DNA from: Capsulimonadales bacterium
Lineage (GTDB): Bacteria; Armatimonadota; Armatimonadia; Armatimonadales; Armatimonadaceae
NCBI GenBank assembly: GCA_033762295.1
Contig: JANRLW010000014.1
Span: forward strand, 1 to 64,000
Reading direction: 5' to 3'
Length of the DNA stretch: 64,000 nucleotides
Part shown: positions 1 through 9,172 of the stretch, one piece after another
Layout: each line of letters starts with the position of its first letter
How positions within the stretch are numbered: the stretch's first letter is position 1
Position numbers and translations under genes: made by a program
The notes under the pieces: generated by a model
Seen by the model: the letters and a program-made list of their open reading frames with translations, nothing else
Told to the model about the DNA's origin: nothing
Databases searched by the model: none

Positions 1-156
1 TGCCTGGAAACCGTTGCTCTGGCTTACCAGAGTGCCTTTGCACTACTGTAATTATACCCCAGGGGGCAGAACGCCGCTTCGCGGCTTCTGTCCTCCTCAG
101 AAGGAGGACGGGCAATTCCTCCCCCGCCTAACGGCGTGGAGTGGGTCTCCTTGCCC
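1..156. mobile_element. Probable end of an IS200/IS605-superfamily element (terminal hairpin region), truncated by the window edge
   Basis: Four consecutive hairpins (16-33, 67-90, 90-109, 110-156). The last, GGGCAATTCCTCCCCCGCCTAACGGCGTGGAGTGGGTCTCCTTGCCC, resembles the CAATTCCTCCCC..CCTnAAGG..GGGGTCTCCTTG subterminal palindromes of IS605/IscB/TnpB elements. No transposase gene is in the window. Confidence 0.45.
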
Positions 157-163
157 CAATTTT

Positions 164-1273
164 ATGAAGGTCAAGGCGGCGGTGCTGCGCCGGATCAATA
201 CGCCGTTTTCGGTGGAGGAGTTGGACCTGGCGCCGCCGGGGCCGGAGGAGGCGCTGGTCGAGATGAAGGCGGCAGGGGTCTGCCATAGCGACTGGCATCT
301 GCGGACCGGGGCGACGAACTATCCCCTGCCGGTGGTGCCCGGACATGAAGGGGCGGGGATCGTAACGGCGGTCGGGGAGCGGGTGACACGGGTCCGGGTC
401 GGCGATCATGTCAGCCTGAACTGGGCGGCGAACTGCGGGGAGTGCTTCTACTGCCGGAAGGGGCTTCCCTGCCTCTGTGCGGCCTACGACACCTCCAACT
501 GGGCCGGCACGATGCCCGACGGCACGACGCGGTTTTCCAGGGATGGCGAAGCGATCCGCCAGTTCAAAATGCTCGGTTGTTTTGCCTCGCATACGGTGGT
601 GCCGGAGGTTTGTTGCGTCCCGATGCCGCACTCCCTGCCCTTTCCGCTCGCCGCTCTCATCGGCTGCGCGGTGACCACCGGAGTCGGCGCGGTGCGCAAC
701 CGGGCACGGGTCGAACCGGGCGACCGTGTGGCCGTCTTCGGCTGCGGCGGGGTCGGCCTGAGCATCCTGCTCGCGGCACGTCTGGCCGGAGCGAACCCGA
801 TTCTCGCCGTCGATACCCATCCCGATAAACTGGCGATCGCGCAGCGGTGCGGCGCGACCGAGGGCCTGCTGATCGATGCCGACGTGACCGCGAAGATTCG
901 GGAGCGTACCGAGGGGCGCGGAGCGGATTTCGTCTTTGAGGCGGTCGGGATTCCGTCGGTGCAGGAGCGGTGTTTCGAGGCCGTCCGTCCCGGCGGGACC
1001 CTGATACTGGCGGGTCTGTCGGCGATGGGGTCGCTCACCAACTTCCCGGCGGCGCTCCTTACCCGGCAGGAGAAGACGATTGCGGGGACGTACTACGGTT
1101 CCTCCGACCCGCAACGCGACTTCCCGCTCTATGCCGACCTGCATCTCTCCGGGCAACTGGACCTGGCGCCGCTCGTCTCCCGCACCTATCCGCCGGAGGA
1201 GATCAACGAGGCGTTCGAGGCCATGCTCAGCGGCAGGATCGCCCGGGCGATTCTGGACCTTACTGCACCGTAA
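164..1273 (+). CDS. Zn-dependent alcohol dehydrogenase (MDR, class III-like)
   Basis: GVCHSD, GHEGAG, CGECFYC..C structural Zn site, GCGGVG Rossmann motif; start taken at MKVKAAV (164). Confidence 0.92.
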   Translation: MKVKAAVLRRINTPFSVEELDLAPPGPEEALVEMKAAGVCHSDWHLRTGATNYPLPVVPGHEGAGIVTAVGERVTRVRVGDHVSLNWAANCGECFYCRKGLPCLCAAYDTSNWAGTMPDGTTRFSRDGEAIRQFKMLGCFASHTVVPEVCCVPMPHSLPFPLAALIGCAVTTGVGAVRNRARVEPGDRVAVFGCGGVGLSILLAARLAGANPILAVDTHPDKLAIAQRCGATEGLLIDADVTAKIRERTEGRGADFVFEAVGIPSVQERCFEAVRPGGTLILAGLSAMGSLTNFPAALLTRQEKTIAGTYYGSSDPQRDFPLYADLHLSGQLDLAPLVSRTYPPEEINEAFEAMLSGRIARAILDLTAP

Positions 1274-3815
1274 ACGTGGAGCCGTCCGGGCCTTTGACGA
1301 CCTCGATACGGGTCGGGAAGGCGTCCTTCAACTCCTCGATATGGGTGATGACCAGGATCAATTCGAACTGATCCTGAACGGAGTTCAGCGCATCGACGAT
1401 CGCTTCGCGGCCGCGCGGGTCCTGCGTACCGAACCCCTCATCCAGAATCAGAGTCCGCAGGGGCGCACCGGCCCTGTGGGCCAGTACCTTGGAAAGTGCG
1501 ATACGCAGTGCGAAGTTCACTCGAAACGCCTCGCCGCCGCTGTACATTTCGTAGGGCCGCTCCCCCAGATCGTCCGAGATGAGGATATCGAGCGTCTCCA
1601 TCGTCCCGGTCGTTTTCGATTTGCCCTCGCGGGTCGAACGTAGCTGGACCTTCATCGCATGATTGGTCATCCGGCCGAGGATCAGGTTCGCCTCCTCCTC
1701 GATCTGCGGCAGGGCGCGTTCGATGATCAACTGCTGTATCCCCTTTTTTCCGAACGCGCCGACCAGTTCCTTGTACAGGTCGCGATCGCGGGCCGCTGCC
1801 TTGCGTTCGGTCTCGCGAACTCCTCGTTCGCGCTCCATATCGTCGAGACGGGAAAGCTCCTGCTGGCAGACGGCGATATCCCGATCGGCGTTACGGACCT
1901 CGTTCTCGGCGGTTTGCAGGTCGACGGCAAGGGCCTCGCACTCCTGTTCGAGGATCGGCAGATCCGCCACCTGCTGGAGTATGGTGACCACCTGCTGCCG
2001 GGCCTTCTCTATCTTCCCGGAGCGGACGTCGATTCGCTGGCGGACCTCATCCCGCTGTGACGGGTAGACAAGAAGGTCCTTTTCCGCGCTTTCGAGCAAC
2101 AGCCGCTGTCGCTCGATATCCCCGCAGTCGTTGATCGCCTTGCGGACATCCTGCAGTTGCTGTTCGACCCGTTCGAGACGTTCCATCTGCGCGGTGACAC
2201 GGGTCAGCGCCTCAAACTCCTCCGTCGCGTAGTCCTTCTCGCGGAGCCGTCGATCCAGGGTTTCATGGCGCGTTCGCAGGTTGGGCAGTTGGGTCGCCCG
2301 CTCGGTCAGTCGAAGATGCTCCTGAAGCGCCTGTGTCCGCTGCGTCGAAAGCCGGGTGACGACCGTCTGATCGTCCCGGAGTTGCCGTAGTTCGCCCCGG
2401 ATGAGATCGGACACCCGTTTCGCCTCGCCGCCGCGATTTTTCAGGTCGCGCAGCCGATCCTCCAGCTGTTCCAGTCGCGTCCGTGTCTCAATTATGGCTT
2501 CCTGTCGGCGGGCCGGCGGCAGGGGTTGTCCGCAGTATTCGCAGGTGGCGGAGGAGGAGGCGGTCAATGCATCCAACCGCTGGCGGAACAGCGCCTGCTC
2601 GCCCTTGACCGCGCCGTTCTCCTCCTTCAACTCGTTGAACTCCTGCTCCGTCGCCTTTTGCCGCTCTTCCAGTTCGCCGAACCGTCGATCGAGATCGCCG
2701 AACCCGTGAATTTCCCGATCGAAGCGGGCGATCTCCGTGTCCATTCGGGCGATGAACTCCGCCTCCTGCTCCAGCAGATCGAGTTCGCAGCGCACGGCAT
2801 ACCGTTCGCGGTCGAGTTCCCGCTCGGCTTCGCGAATCCGCTTTTCGTGTTCGGCGGCCTGTCGTTCGAACGCGCGGAATTCCCGGTACTCCTCCTCCAG
2901 GCGGGCGGCACGATCGTTCAGGGCGATGTAATCCTCGTATTGCCGGAGGATCTCCTCCCGTCGGGCAAGGATACTCTCGGCGCGTCCGATGCGATCCTCC
3001 AGATCGGTCAGCAGTTCCTGATCGTTTCTGTTGTAGCGTGTCTCATCGGTGATCCGTTCCTGGAGTTGTTTGGCCCGGCTTTCCCGCTCCCGGAGAGCAT
3101 GGAGGACGCCGCGCCGCGTTTCATAATCCGTCCGGACGGTTTGGAGTCGCAGGGAGGTTGTCGCCCGTATTCGTTCGTTTTCTGCGAGATGCTGTTCGAT
3201 GAGCGGACGTCGGGCGATCTGGGCGTTCAGTCCGTTAATCTCGCGTTCGGCGTCGGTCTCCCGGTCACGCGCCTCGTCATGCCGCTCCTTCGCCATCTTT
3301 TCGAGCCGCTCGTAGAAACCGATGTTGAGGATATCGGCGAGAATCTCCTTGCGTTTGGCCGGCGTGATCCGGGTGAACTCGTCGGCGCGTCCCTGAGCGA
3401 CGTACCCGCTGGCCAGGAACATCTCATAATCCATGCGCAGGAGTTCGCGAATTCTGGTTTCGGTTTCGCGGGCTCCCGCGCCGGTGAGGGGGCGGAACGT
3501 TCCGTCCTCCTGCCGGACCTGGAGTTCCCAGGACGCGCCACGGCGGGTTCGGCGGCGATCGATGCGATACCGTACGGACTCGATCTCGAAATCGAAGACG
3601 ACCTGACAGTCGGTCGCGCCGCGCCGAATGACATCGTCCTCCGATCGGGCGCGGGTCCGCCCGAACAGCGTCCAGGTCATGGCATCGAGCAGGGCGGACT
3701 TGCCGTTGCCGTTGTCGCCGGAAAGGCAGGCGAACCGGATGCCGGAGAATTCCAGCGGCGGCACCTGCTCGCCGTAGGACATGAAGTTTTTCAGTTGAAG
3801 TCGGATCGGTACCAT
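1260..3815 (-). CDS. sbcC: SbcC/Rad50 SMC-like ATPase
   Basis: Walker A GDNGNGKS, long coiled coil, CEYC zinc hook, YSGGE signature, LILDEGFG Walker B; adjacent to sbcD. Confidence 0.93.
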   Translation of the reverse strand: MVPIRLQLKNFMSYGEQVPPLEFSGIRFACLSGDNGNGKSALLDAMTWTLFGRTRARSEDDVIRRGATDCQVVFDFEIESVRYRIDRRRTRRGASWELQVRQEDGTFRPLTGAGARETETRIRELLRMDYEMFLASGYVAQGRADEFTRITPAKRKEILADILNIGFYERLEKMAKERHDEARDRETDAEREINGLNAQIARRPLIEQHLAENERIRATTSLRLQTVRTDYETRRGVLHALRERESRAKQLQERITDETRYNRNDQELLTDLEDRIGRAESILARREEILRQYEDYIALNDRAARLEEEYREFRAFERQAAEHEKRIREAERELDRERYAVRCELDLLEQEAEFIARMDTEIARFDREIHGFGDLDRRFGELEERQKATEQEFNELKEENGAVKGEQALFRQRLDALTASSSATCEYCGQPLPPARRQEAIIETRTRLEQLEDRLRDLKNRGGEAKRVSDLIRGELRQLRDDQTVVTRLSTQRTQALQEHLRLTERATQLPNLRTRHETLDRRLREKDYATEEFEALTRVTAQMERLERVEQQLQDVRKAINDCGDIERQRLLLESAEKDLLVYPSQRDEVRQRIDVRSGKIEKARQQVVTILQQVADLPILEQECEALAVDLQTAENEVRNADRDIAVCQQELSRLDDMERERGVRETERKAAARDRDLYKELVGAFGKKGIQQLIIERALPQIEEEANLILGRMTNHAMKVQLRSTREGKSKTTGTMETLDILISDDLGERPYEMYSGGEAFRVNFALRIALSKVLAHRAGAPLRTLILDEGFGTQDPRGREAIVDALNSVQDQFELILVITHIEELKDAFPTRIEVVKGPDGSTFTVQ

Positions 3816-3830
3816 GTTTGTCGACGGCTT

Positions 3831-5102
3831 TTAATCGGCAGCGGAGTTGAGGGAGTCGATAAGCGGGCGGGCGGCGGCGAGCAGTTCGTCCCGGCGGGCG
3901 GTCAGGCGCGGCTGGGTCTCAATATAGAGTTCGAGCGCTTTTTCCGGGGTCAGCGCCTCCGAAAACCCTTCGGAACGGGTCAGTGCGGCGTTTCCGGACG
4001 CCTCGCGGGAGATGGCGACGATCAGATGCGCGGCTCCGAGAGCCTTGCGGATTTCGTCCTGCCGCACCAGCGCCGCCCTGTCCGCGCCGACCCGGTAGGA
4101 AAGTTTGACAATCGATCCGGTGATGGGATGGGTGGCGATCTCCTCCAGAATGGCGCGGGTCGGGTCCTCGCTGTTCATGGCGTCCGCCTCAATCTGCAGG
4201 AACGGGCGGGTCTTGACGGCCACATGTTTGAAGGCGGCGTATCCCTTGCGCACGTCGGCCAGGACAAACCCCTTATCCTCGACCCGTTCGCCGTAGTCGA
4301 TCCGGTCAATCGATCCGCAGTAGACGACCGGCGGCTGCGCTCCCTGATGCATGTCCTGATGTCGATGGACGTGCCCCATCGCGACATAATCGAAGTTCGG
4401 CAGAGCGACGGCGGAGACGGGGACCTGCGGTTCGTTGGGATTGAGCAAAAATCCCTGCGTGCCGACTCCCAGACGCGCCTCGGACAGGGTGAAGTGTCCG
4501 GTCAGGATCGCCAGGTAGTGCGGGTACTGCGCCACCTCACGTCCGAGTTCGGCGATGTAATCGATGTACCGGTCCCGGATCAGGAGAGCGACCTCCTCCA
4601 CCGATTTGGCGCGCGCCTCCTCCTGCGCCAGGACGCGGGAGCGGGTGAGATACGGCATTCCGGCGACGAGAACGGTCCCCTTCCGGGTAGCGATCCGGAC
4701 GGTTTCGGGCGATTGCAGGATCGTGACGCCCGCGCCGCCGAGGAGTCCGTAAATCTCTAGGGCGTGGGCACGCCCCCGGGTATTGGGGATATCGTGATTG
4801 CCGACGAGCAATGCCACCGGCACACCGGCATCGGTCAGCCGTTTCAGCGACGCGGCGAACAGCTTCTGGTGGGTCTGGTTGGGATCGCGGGCCTTGTAGG
4901 CATCGCCGGCGAAGACCGCCAGATCGGCCTCCGCTTCGAGCGCCCGCTCGACCGCCTGTTTGAGCGAGCGGTCGAAATCCTCCAGTCGGGTGTTCAGCCC
5001 CGTCTCGGGATTATACTTGCCGTAGGTTTCGACACCGAGATGAACATCACCGAAATGGAAGACACGGACCCGGTCAGCGGGGGTTTCGGGGAAGGAACTC
5101 AC
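3831..5102 (-). CDS. sbcD: SbcD/Mre11 metallophosphoesterase nuclease subunit
   Basis: DVHLG, AGD, GNHD, GH, MGHVH and YCGS motifs. Confidence 0.93.
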   Translation of the reverse strand: MSSFPETPADRVRVFHFGDVHLGVETYGKYNPETGLNTRLEDFDRSLKQAVERALEAEADLAVFAGDAYKARDPNQTHQKLFAASLKRLTDAGVPVALLVGNHDIPNTRGRAHALEIYGLLGGAGVTILQSPETVRIATRKGTVLVAGMPYLTRSRVLAQEEARAKSVEEVALLIRDRYIDYIAELGREVAQYPHYLAILTGHFTLSEARLGVGTQGFLLNPNEPQVPVSAVALPNFDYVAMGHVHRHQDMHQGAQPPVVYCGSIDRIDYGERVEDKGFVLADVRKGYAAFKHVAVKTRPFLQIEADAMNSEDPTRAILEEIATHPITGSIVKLSYRVGADRAALVRQDEIRKALGAAHLIVAISREASGNAALTRSEGFSEALTPEKALELYIETQPRLTARRDELLAAARPLIDSLNSAAD

Positions 5103-5130
5103 GCCGTATTATAGCGCACCCGGAGGCGAA

Positions 5131-5169
5131 CTCCCCTCTCCGCTCCGGAGGCCGGGAGAGGGGGTCGGG
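5131..5169. repeat. REP-like GC hairpin (CCCCTCTCC...GGGAGAGGGG)
   Basis: Imperfect inverted repeat; a related hairpin lies at 30946-30983. Confidence 0.45.
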
Positions 5170-5178
5170 CAGTGCGGT

Positions 5179-6081
5179 CTACGGCGTGCCTTCGGGAGGG
5201 GCGGCGGGAATCTTTTCCGGCGTTTCCCCGGTCGTAATCGTCGTGGTCGTGGTGGTCGTCGTTTCTCCGTTCGTCTCTGCGGAAGGCGCGGCCGCGGTGC
5301 CGGGAGGCGGCGCGCCCTGCGCACCGGTGAAACGGACGGCATAGACCACGCCCTCCGCCGCCTTGCTGGTGAAATAGAGGTTTTCCAGTTCGTTGGCCGA
5401 TCGCATGGTGATCGTTCCCTTGCCCGTGCCTCCGGCGTTGTTGAACCCGCTGGTGATGGTCAGTCGGATCAGTTCGGAGTTGCCGACGCGGGTCCATTTA
5501 CCGCCGAAGGTTGCCTTGCTGCGCTCACCGTCGACGATGATGGTCGCGTTGCCGTTCTTCTCGAGGGTCATCGCAACCTGCGTCAGTTTGCTCTGCGTGT
5601 TGTCGGGCATCTTCAGGACACCGGTTCCGGAAGCGGTCAGGGACAGCTGCTTGAAGTTCAGGACCGGTGGTTTGGACGGCAGAAACTCCAGCGAGAAATC
5701 CTGTCCCTGCGCCTTGCCGGTCAGGGCGATCCGCTGAACGTCCTTCGGACCGCGCAGATAGACCTGCCCGGAAGCCACGGCTTTGACGCCTTTGAGGGCG
5801 CGGGTCAGGGTCAGCCGGTAGGCGTTATTGACCGGTCCGCTCCACTTTCCGGAGAATTCGACCGGCGGAACGTCCGCGCCCTCGGCGACGAGACGGACGG
5901 TTCGATCACTCCCCATCTTCAGGCGGACGACATGGACCGCGCGTTCGTTCGCGCCCGGCAAAGTGATGGTTCCGGTTCCTCGAAGGTTGCCGGAGACGGG
6001 TTTCGCGGACTGCGCGTTCGTCGGCAGAGCGGCCGCCGGGACAAAAACGACCAGCGCGGCCAGGGTGTTCCGGAATCGCAT
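5179..6081 (-). CDS. Secreted hypothetical protein with two tandem beta-rich repeats and a Thr/Pro-rich tail
   Basis: Signal peptide MRFRNTLAALVVFVPAAALPTNA; repeated GTG.(I/L).(L/M)P....F(S/G)GKW units; GGAG RBS. Confidence 0.75.
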   Translation of the reverse strand: MRFRNTLAALVVFVPAAALPTNAQSAKPVSGNLRGTGTITLPGANERAVHVVRLKMGSDRTVRLVAEGADVPPVEFSGKWSGPVNNAYRLTLTRALKGVKAVASGQVYLRGPKDVQRIALTGKAQGQDFSLEFLPSKPPVLNFKQLSLTASGTGVLKMPDNTQSKLTQVAMTLEKNGNATIIVDGERSKATFGGKWTRVGNSELIRLTITSGFNNAGGTGKGTITMRSANELENLYFTSKAAEGVVYAVRFTGAQGAPPPGTAAAPSAETNGETTTTTTTTITTGETPEKIPAAPPEGTP

Positions 6082-6147
6082 GGTGTGCTCCCTGTGAAAT
6101 GGTTTTCTCCCACAGGATGAAGCGATCGACGTCCCGGTTCCACGGTT

Positions 6148-6816
6148 TTACCGCCGCAGACCGTAAAGCGACATTCCCAGGCTCATCGCCGGCCCCATCA
6201 GCAGCGCAAAAGCCAGGGTCCCCCACCCGATGTTCGCGCCCAGAAGAAAGCCCGACAGCAAAACCGTGAGTTCGATCCCGGTACGCACCTGTTTGATCGG
6301 CCAGCCGAACCGTCCGCTCAGGCCGAGCGCCAGACTGTCGCGCGGTCCCGCGCCGAACCGGGACGCGATATAGGTGCCGGTCGCGATCCCGGAAACGAGG
6401 ATTCCGCTCAGGAAAAGGCACCAGGCGAGGAAGGGCGATCCCGGAGACGGCAGCCAGGGCAGGAAAAGGTCGATGTAGATGCCGATCAGGATCATGTTCG
6501 AGACGGAACCGATACCGATCGGCATACGGAGGGCGAAGTAGGCGATCAACTGACAGACCAGTCCGACGACGATACTCGCCTGTCCGATCTTTAGAAACGG
6601 GAACGTCCGGGCCAGCCCGTAGTGGAAAGCGTCCCAGGGAGCCAGCCCGACATCGGCGCGAATCATCGCCGCCAGCGCCAGTCCGTACACCACCAGTCCG
6701 GCGTTCAGCAGGACGAACCGGGGCAGGAACGGCCAGCGGGCGGTGGCTCCTTCCGGAGGCGGCGTGAAAAAGGCGGGGTTGGCGACACCCGCCTCCCCGC
6801 CGTCGTTCCTTGACAT
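6148..6816 (-). CDS. YczE/YyaS/YitT-family membrane protein
   Basis: GLAPWDAFHYGL, GAGPRDSL and IGWGTL motifs; multiple TM helices. Confidence 0.85.
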   Translation of the reverse strand: MSRNDGGEAGVANPAFFTPPPEGATARWPFLPRFVLLNAGLVVYGLALAAMIRADVGLAPWDAFHYGLARTFPFLKIGQASIVVGLVCQLIAYFALRMPIGIGSVSNMILIGIYIDLFLPWLPSPGSPFLAWCLFLSGILVSGIATGTYIASRFGAGPRDSLALGLSGRFGWPIKQVRTGIELTVLLSGFLLGANIGWGTLAFALLMGPAMSLGMSLYGLRR

Positions 6817-6859
6817 ACGGAACGTATTATATCCTGTAATATTCCGTCCGTACTCCGGT

Positions 6860-7675
6860 TCAGAAGAGGTCCCAGTCGCTGTCCGTCGGGTTTCGCCACG
6901 TCTGTGCGAACCGCCCGGCTTTGACATGACCGTCCGCGAACGAAAAAAGCGTGGCGTCGGCATAACGGGTTTTGGCGATCACCGAATCCCAGTTACCGCA
7001 GCCCGGTTCCTGCGGGAAGAGGGAGCAGGGCGGGACCGCGCGGCTCTTCGTATAGTGATAAGGACTGCTCGTATCGTTTTCGGTCTCCCACGGGTCCAGA
7101 CACATATCGAAATAGACGCTGTGCCAGAACGGGTCGCTCTGATCGGAGGGCAGCGGCGCCGGCGGCGTGACACCGGTCACCGCCTGCCAGCGGTCGGCTC
7201 TGAGTGTGGCGTACACCGTGTTGGCGGGAGCGGCGATCTTCGCCATCGGACAGACGACACCGGTGATGAAACCGTTGGCAAGAAAGGAACCCCACATGGC
7301 GGGTTGATCCCGGTCCGGATCGGACGGATCGAACCAGACGTTTCGCTTGTTGCCGATCCCGCGCCCCATCCTGATGTAGGGTTCGATGGCGGCCTGATAG
7401 TTTTGGATCGCCCAGTGGCCGATCGTCGTCGGGATGTGGGTCTGATCCGTCTCCATGGTCAACGGATAGGTCTCGTCGTTGTCCTGTGCGTACATCAGGG
7501 CGGCCAGCGCGATCTGTTTCATATTGGACAGCGCGGTCGCCTGTCGGGCTTTCTGCCGCGCCTGTGCGAAGACCGGGAACAGTATGGCCGCCAGTATGGC
7601 GATAATGGCGATGACCACTAGCAACTCGATCAGTGTGAAGCCCGTTCTGCGGGCGTGTCCCGTTTCCCTACTCAT
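6860..7675 (-). CDS. DUF1559 prepilin-type N-terminal cleavage/methylation protein (#1, last gene of the metal operon)
   Basis: [30 protein letters not shown]-terminal FADGHVK (RY in place of the usual RH). Confidence 0.9.
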   Translation of the reverse strand: MSRETGHARRTGFTLIELLVVIAIIAILAAILFPVFAQARQKARQATALSNMKQIALAALMYAQDNDETYPLTMETDQTHIPTTIGHWAIQNYQAAIEPYIRMGRGIGNKRNVWFDPSDPDRDQPAMWGSFLANGFITGVVCPMAKIAAPANTVYATLRADRWQAVTGVTPPAPLPSDQSDPFWHSVYFDMCLDPWETENDTSSPYHYTKSRAVPPCSLFPQEPGCGNWDSVIAKTRYADATLFSFADGHVKAGRFAQTWRNPTDSDWDLF

Positions 7676-7729
7676 TTTTTGGTTATCCTTTCGTTGTCCC
7701 CGGCGATTCCGTCGCCGGGGACCGGAGGT

Positions 7730-9166
7730 TCAGCGCGCCGGTTTCGTCGACGGTTCCCGGTAGATAAAGCGGACCCAGACAATGAAACCGACCGCAATCG
7801 CGAGGCCGAGGCCGAACCAGGCGGGTCCGACCGTGTCGAGCAGCAGTTTCAGGTTCAAACCGGCGATAATCGCGCAGACCAGGTAGCCGACGATCTTCAG
7901 CCAGAGCGGATTGGCGAACTCCCCCATCTTTTTCGGATCGGAGGTGAACATCATCAGGGGGAAGATGGCGAAGGACAGTTGCATGGAGAGAACGACCTGG
8001 GACAGGATCAACAGGCCGACCGTATCCTTGCCGCCATTGATGGCGATCAGGATCATGGCCGGAACGATGGCCAGTCCGCGGGTAATCAGGCGGCGGAGCC
8101 ACGGGGCGATCCGGATATTGAGGAACCCTTCCATGACGATCTGTCCGGCAAGCGTCCCGGTGATCGTGGACGACTGACCGGAGGCGAGGAGAGCGACGGC
8201 GAACGCGGTGGCTGCCGCCCCGCCGAGCAGCGGTTTCAACAGTTCGTGGGCGTCGCCCAGTTCGGCCACGTCGTGCCGCCCCCCGGCATGAAAGACGGCG
8301 GCGGAGACGACGAGAATCGCCGCGTTGACGAAGAACGCCATCCCGAGGGCGAGAATGGTATCCATCGTATTATTTCGAATCGCGTCCCGCAGTTCGGTCC
8401 GGCTGTCGTCGTTGGGACGGCGGGTCTGCACGATGGACGAGTGCAGGTACAGGTTATGGGGCATGACGGTCGCGCCCAGGATGCCGAGGGCGATGAACAG
8501 GGCGTCCTTATCGGGCAGCGACGGGATCAGGAGTCCCTGCGCGACACCGCCCCAGTCCGGGCGAGCGAGAAATATCTGGAAGGCGAAGCAGGCGGCGATC
8601 GTGCCGACGAGCGTGATGACGATGGCCTCGATCTTTCGGAATCCGAAGCGCATCAGGCTGAGCAGCACCAGGACGTCGAGTCCGGTGATCAGGACGCCCC
8701 AGAGCAGCGGAATCCGGAACAGCAGGTTGAGCGCGACGGCGGAGCCGATCACCTCCGCCAGATCGCAGGCGATGATGGCCACCTCGCAGAGCAGCCAGAG
8801 GACGATGGCGGCGGGTTTTTTGTAGTAGTCGCGGCAGGCCTGCGCCAGGTCTTTGCCGGTGACCAGTCCCAGGCGGGCGCAGAGGGTCTGCAGGAGCATC
8901 GCCATCAGGTTGGAGGCGAGAATCACCCAGAGCAGAGCGTAGCCGTACTTCGCCCCCCCGGCGATGTCCGTTCCCCAGTTGCCGGGGTCCATATAACCGA
9001 CGCTGACCAGATAACCGGGTCCGGCATAGGCGAGGAACCGCCGGAACCAGTGCGCTTTTTGCGGTACGCCGACACTGCGATGCGCCTCAGGCAAGGACGG
9101 CAGGGCGCCCGGTGCGGGTTTCGGTATCGCGTTCATTGTCATTGCGGTACTGCTTTCCTGTTTCAA
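7730..9166 (-). CDS. mntH: Nramp-family Mn2+/Fe2+ transporter
   Basis: YMDPGNW, MPHNLYLHS and GQSSTITGTLAGQIVMEGF motifs. Confidence 0.95.
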   Translation of the reverse strand: MKQESSTAMTMNAIPKPAPGALPSLPEAHRSVGVPQKAHWFRRFLAYAGPGYLVSVGYMDPGNWGTDIAGGAKYGYALLWVILASNLMAMLLQTLCARLGLVTGKDLAQACRDYYKKPAAIVLWLLCEVAIIACDLAEVIGSAVALNLLFRIPLLWGVLITGLDVLVLLSLMRFGFRKIEAIVITLVGTIAACFAFQIFLARPDWGGVAQGLLIPSLPDKDALFIALGILGATVMPHNLYLHSSIVQTRRPNDDSRTELRDAIRNNTMDTILALGMAFFVNAAILVVSAAVFHAGGRHDVAELGDAHELLKPLLGGAAATAFAVALLASGQSSTITGTLAGQIVMEGFLNIRIAPWLRRLITRGLAIVPAMILIAINGGKDTVGLLILSQVVLSMQLSFAIFPLMMFTSDPKKMGEFANPLWLKIVGYLVCAIIAGLNLKLLLDTVGPAWFGLGLAIAVGFIVWVRFIYREPSTKPAR

Positions 9167-9172
9167 AATAGT

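Noticed and set aside
2526..4760. 744-aa plus-strand ORF (and similar long antisense ORFs at 7655-9577, 29122-31014, 38257-40128, 58255-59787)
   Set aside because: Shadow frames opposite well-supported genes in high-GC DNA; no recognisable motifs
1260..5102. SMC ATPase plus nuclease as an anti-phage or Wadjet-like system
   Set aside because: Canonical sbcD-sbcC pair with zinc hook; no accessory defence genes
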